Positions 37,701 through 38,858 of a stretch of DNA of 38,858 nucleotides are shown here, piece by piece. A program made the position numbers and the translations under genes. How positions within the stretch are numbered: position 1 is the stretch's first letter; every line of letters begins with the position of its first letter. The stretch comes from Burkholderiales bacterium (lineage in GTDB: Bacteria > Pseudomonadota > Gammaproteobacteria > Burkholderiales > SG8-39). The DNA is taken from positions 1-38,858 of the forward strand of contig DATDGA010000231.1 of NCBI GenBank assembly GCA_036522335.1, written 5' to 3'. Below the pieces are notes generated by a model. It made no database searches, was not told where the DNA came from, and worked only from the letters and a program-made list of their open reading frames with translations.

Positions 37701-38617
37701 TCGTCGCGCGGCTGAAGCATTTCAGCGTGCCCGAAGTAGCGCCCGGAAGGAAGGACGATGCCCCGGCCCGGGACTTGCCCGCGCTCGACATCATCGCCGA
37801 CAGCCTGGTCGTGAACGACAAGAACCTCGGCAGATTCGAACTGATCGCGGTCAACCAGGCGCTCGACTGGAACATCGAAAAACTGGTGCTGACCGGGCCC
37901 GAGAGCACGCTCACGGTCAAGGAGGGCGTGTGGCAAAGCTGGGCTTTGCGGCCGACCGTCAACTTGAAGAATATCAACCTGGAGGTCAGCGATATCGGCA
38001 AGTATCTCGAGCGCTTGGGTTACCCGAGGACCGTGCAGCGAGGCGCTGCGACGCTGAAAGGGGACCTGAGCTGGGCGGGAAGCCCGCAAGCCATCGACTA
38101 TGCGACCCTGGCGGGGCATCTCGAATTCGAGGCAACGAAAGGGCAGTTTCTCAAGGCGGAGCCCGGCGCGGCACGGCTCATCGGGGTTCTCAGCATGCAA
38201 TCTTTGCTAACGCTCGATTTTCGGGAGCTTGTTGGCAGCGGGTTCGCTTTCGATCTCGTGTCGTGTCCCGTGGTCATCGCCAACGGTACGATGACCACTA
38301 CCACGAAGAAGTTCCGTATGAGCGGACCTTCGGCGCAGGTGACGGCGGAGGGGCAGGTGGATCTGGTGCACGAGACGCAAGACCTTCATGCGCGCGTCGA
38401 GCCCTCGGTGGGCGACAGCCTTTCCTCGATCATCCTCGTCGCAGTGAACCCGGTCTGGGGATTGGGAGCGCTCATTCTTCAGAAGATCCTGAGGAATCCC
38501 CTCGGCCAGGTGCTGGCGTTCGATTATCACGTAACAGGAACTTGGACGGAGCCCCACATTGACCGCCTCAAGGCCGACGTGCGCACTGTGGAAGCGCAGC
38601 AGCGACCCGTGCCATGA
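34733..38617 (+). CDS. yhdP: YhdP-family (AsmA-like, DUF3971) giant inner-membrane-anchored protein
   Basis: About 1290 aa with a single N-terminal TM segment (WALVALYFVFAAALLSLRYWILP), a long beta-rich body and a hydrophobic C-terminus. Followed by a C-N hydrolase gene, as is common for yhdP. The start is ambiguous: TTG at 34733, or TTG/GTG at 34823/34826. Confidence 0.8.
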   Translation: MDQPLQKLEQLEQAIEETIDEAIPPKSRWRLVARIAGWALVALYFVFAAALLSLRYWILPKVAEFRSDIEQYASKALGQRITIGAVEAGWQGLRPDLLLANVTVFDHNGRAALSLPAVEGTVSWISILIGAPRFYSLVFDRPRLEIQRDETGKFYVAGIELRTGQAGDAGMARWALSQREIIIRDASVSWDDNLRRAPPLDLLALNFVLRNGLLGHRFAFKAKPPVELASTLDVRGEVGRGEIGDLDTWTGRVYAELEYMDLVAWRSWVDYPEEIQSGKGGVRVWLDLGGKSTTEATADVALSQVVMRVAKDLPPLELDYLQGRLGASQQAGKSFEVFGRKLTLRTGTGIEVPPADFRVRWQLPEGQTPPKGEIEADAIELAPLARLAEYLPFPQATRARLAATDPRGSIHTLKITWTGEAEDPQHYSVRGSFSKLSARANDAIPGFTGLTGRFEASEKGGNVALGSGRAAIDLPGIFAESTTQIDSLSGQISWKLAPDQVDLGLRNLSVANSDLAATFNGSFSRMRGGPNVIDLTGNFSRAEGRAVYRYIPWLPSAVVEYLKASIRGGQSNDVRLRLKGDLAKFPFADPGSGIFQVVAKVRDANLRYAEGWPQASGISGDLIFEGKGMRVVASKAAVLNVQANSVHASIPDLFHGDVHVGIEVHAEDQTSDFLQFVAQSPVTQALDGVTEGMSAKGTGRLGLKLDIPIRDPKTFTLAGEYQIVDDEIRVDSEAPPFSQVNGRIEFTKSGITARTLTSKFLGGPATISLATRADGMIVVNAQGTASAAQLPRAWGEGFLRHVSGVAAWQGTVTGARGQPVTLIVQSQLIGIAADLPMPLGKAAVDPMPLRVERVISAGPTRGDTIRVSLDRSVEAYIQRRREGSQYLVERGVISVNEPAVPLDREGIVVRGNLPYADADRWRALLGGEDGAGSSFSSALDLKIAALDFGGRRLNDVALRAGTSGSVWITNIAAKELSGEIAWRPEGRGRIVARLKHFSVPEVAPGRKDDAPARDLPALDIIADSLVVNDKNLGRFELIAVNQALDWNIEKLVLTGPESTLTVKEGVWQSWALRPTVNLKNINLEVSDIGKYLERLGYPRTVQRGAATLKGDLSWAGSPQAIDYATLAGHLEFEATKGQFLKAEPGAARLIGVLSMQSLLTLDFRELVGSGFAFDLVSCPVVIANGTMTTTTKKFRMSGPSAQVTAEGQVDLVHETQDLHARVEPSVGDSLSSIILVAVNPVWGLGALILQKILRNPLGQVLAFDYHVTGTWTEPHIDRLKADVRTVEAQQRPVP

Positions 38618-38858
38618 CCGCGCGCGCTCCATTCAAGGCCGCCGTGGTTCAGATGGTATCGACGCCGAAGGTCGAGGAGAACCTCGCCGCAGCAGGCGAG
38701 CTCGTCGCGCAGGCGGCCAATCAGGGAGCGAAGCTCATCGCGCGTCCCGAGTATTTCTGCATTTTCGGGATGCGCGACGGCGACAAGGTGGCGGCGAGGG
38801 AAAAGGACGGCGTCGGGCCGATCCAGGAGTTTCTTTCAGAGACTGCCAGGCGCCATGC
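38614..38858 (+). CDS. Carbon-nitrogen hydrolase family protein (nitrilase superfamily), 3' end outside the window
   Basis: MTARAPFKAAVVQMVSTPKVEENL...GAKLIARPEYF has a nitrilase-superfamily N-terminus with the catalytic Glu context. ATGA overlap with yhdP. Confidence 0.8.
   Translation, partial: MTARAPFKAAVVQMVSTPKVEENLAAAGELVAQAANQGAKLIARPEYFCIFGMRDGDKVAAREKDGVGPIQEFLSETARRH

Overview
High-GC (hand counts about 65-67%) chromosomal segment. Gene order looks proteobacterial, probably betaproteobacterial (birA-coaX-SPOR; rsmI next to lpoA-yraN-diaA-dolP; ilvE-zf-waaF-cbiX), but no taxon can be assigned without a search. Most of it is tightly packed core metabolism and envelope genes. These include the pntAA-pntAB-pntB transhydrogenase, a Tat-dependent TRAP transporter (dctPQM), two cation/proton antiporters, ybdK, algC, ugpQ, pyrC, a YhdP-family giant protein and a clear RNase P RNA (rnpB). 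Many gene pairs are linked by 4-nt start/stop overlaps (ATGA/GTGA/TTGA). The only clearly accessory stretch is about nt 640-5180. It holds a DUF433/DUF5615 toxin-antitoxin-like pair, a cupin gene, and a low-GC single-gene island encoding a SERCA/PMCA-type P-type ATPase. That island sits inside the 5' end of pntAA, between two 161-nt direct repeats (about 90% identical) of the pntAA upstream region plus its first 29 codons. No integrase or transposase is present. I found no convincing multi-gene novel system. The island architecture is the most unusual observation. Lesser ones are an orphan promoter-plus-terminator unit upstream of ugpQ, a frameshifted small membrane-protein gene, and several tandem or inverted repeats in divergent intergenic regions. 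All family calls rest on motifs read by eye from the ORF translations, and no database search was run.
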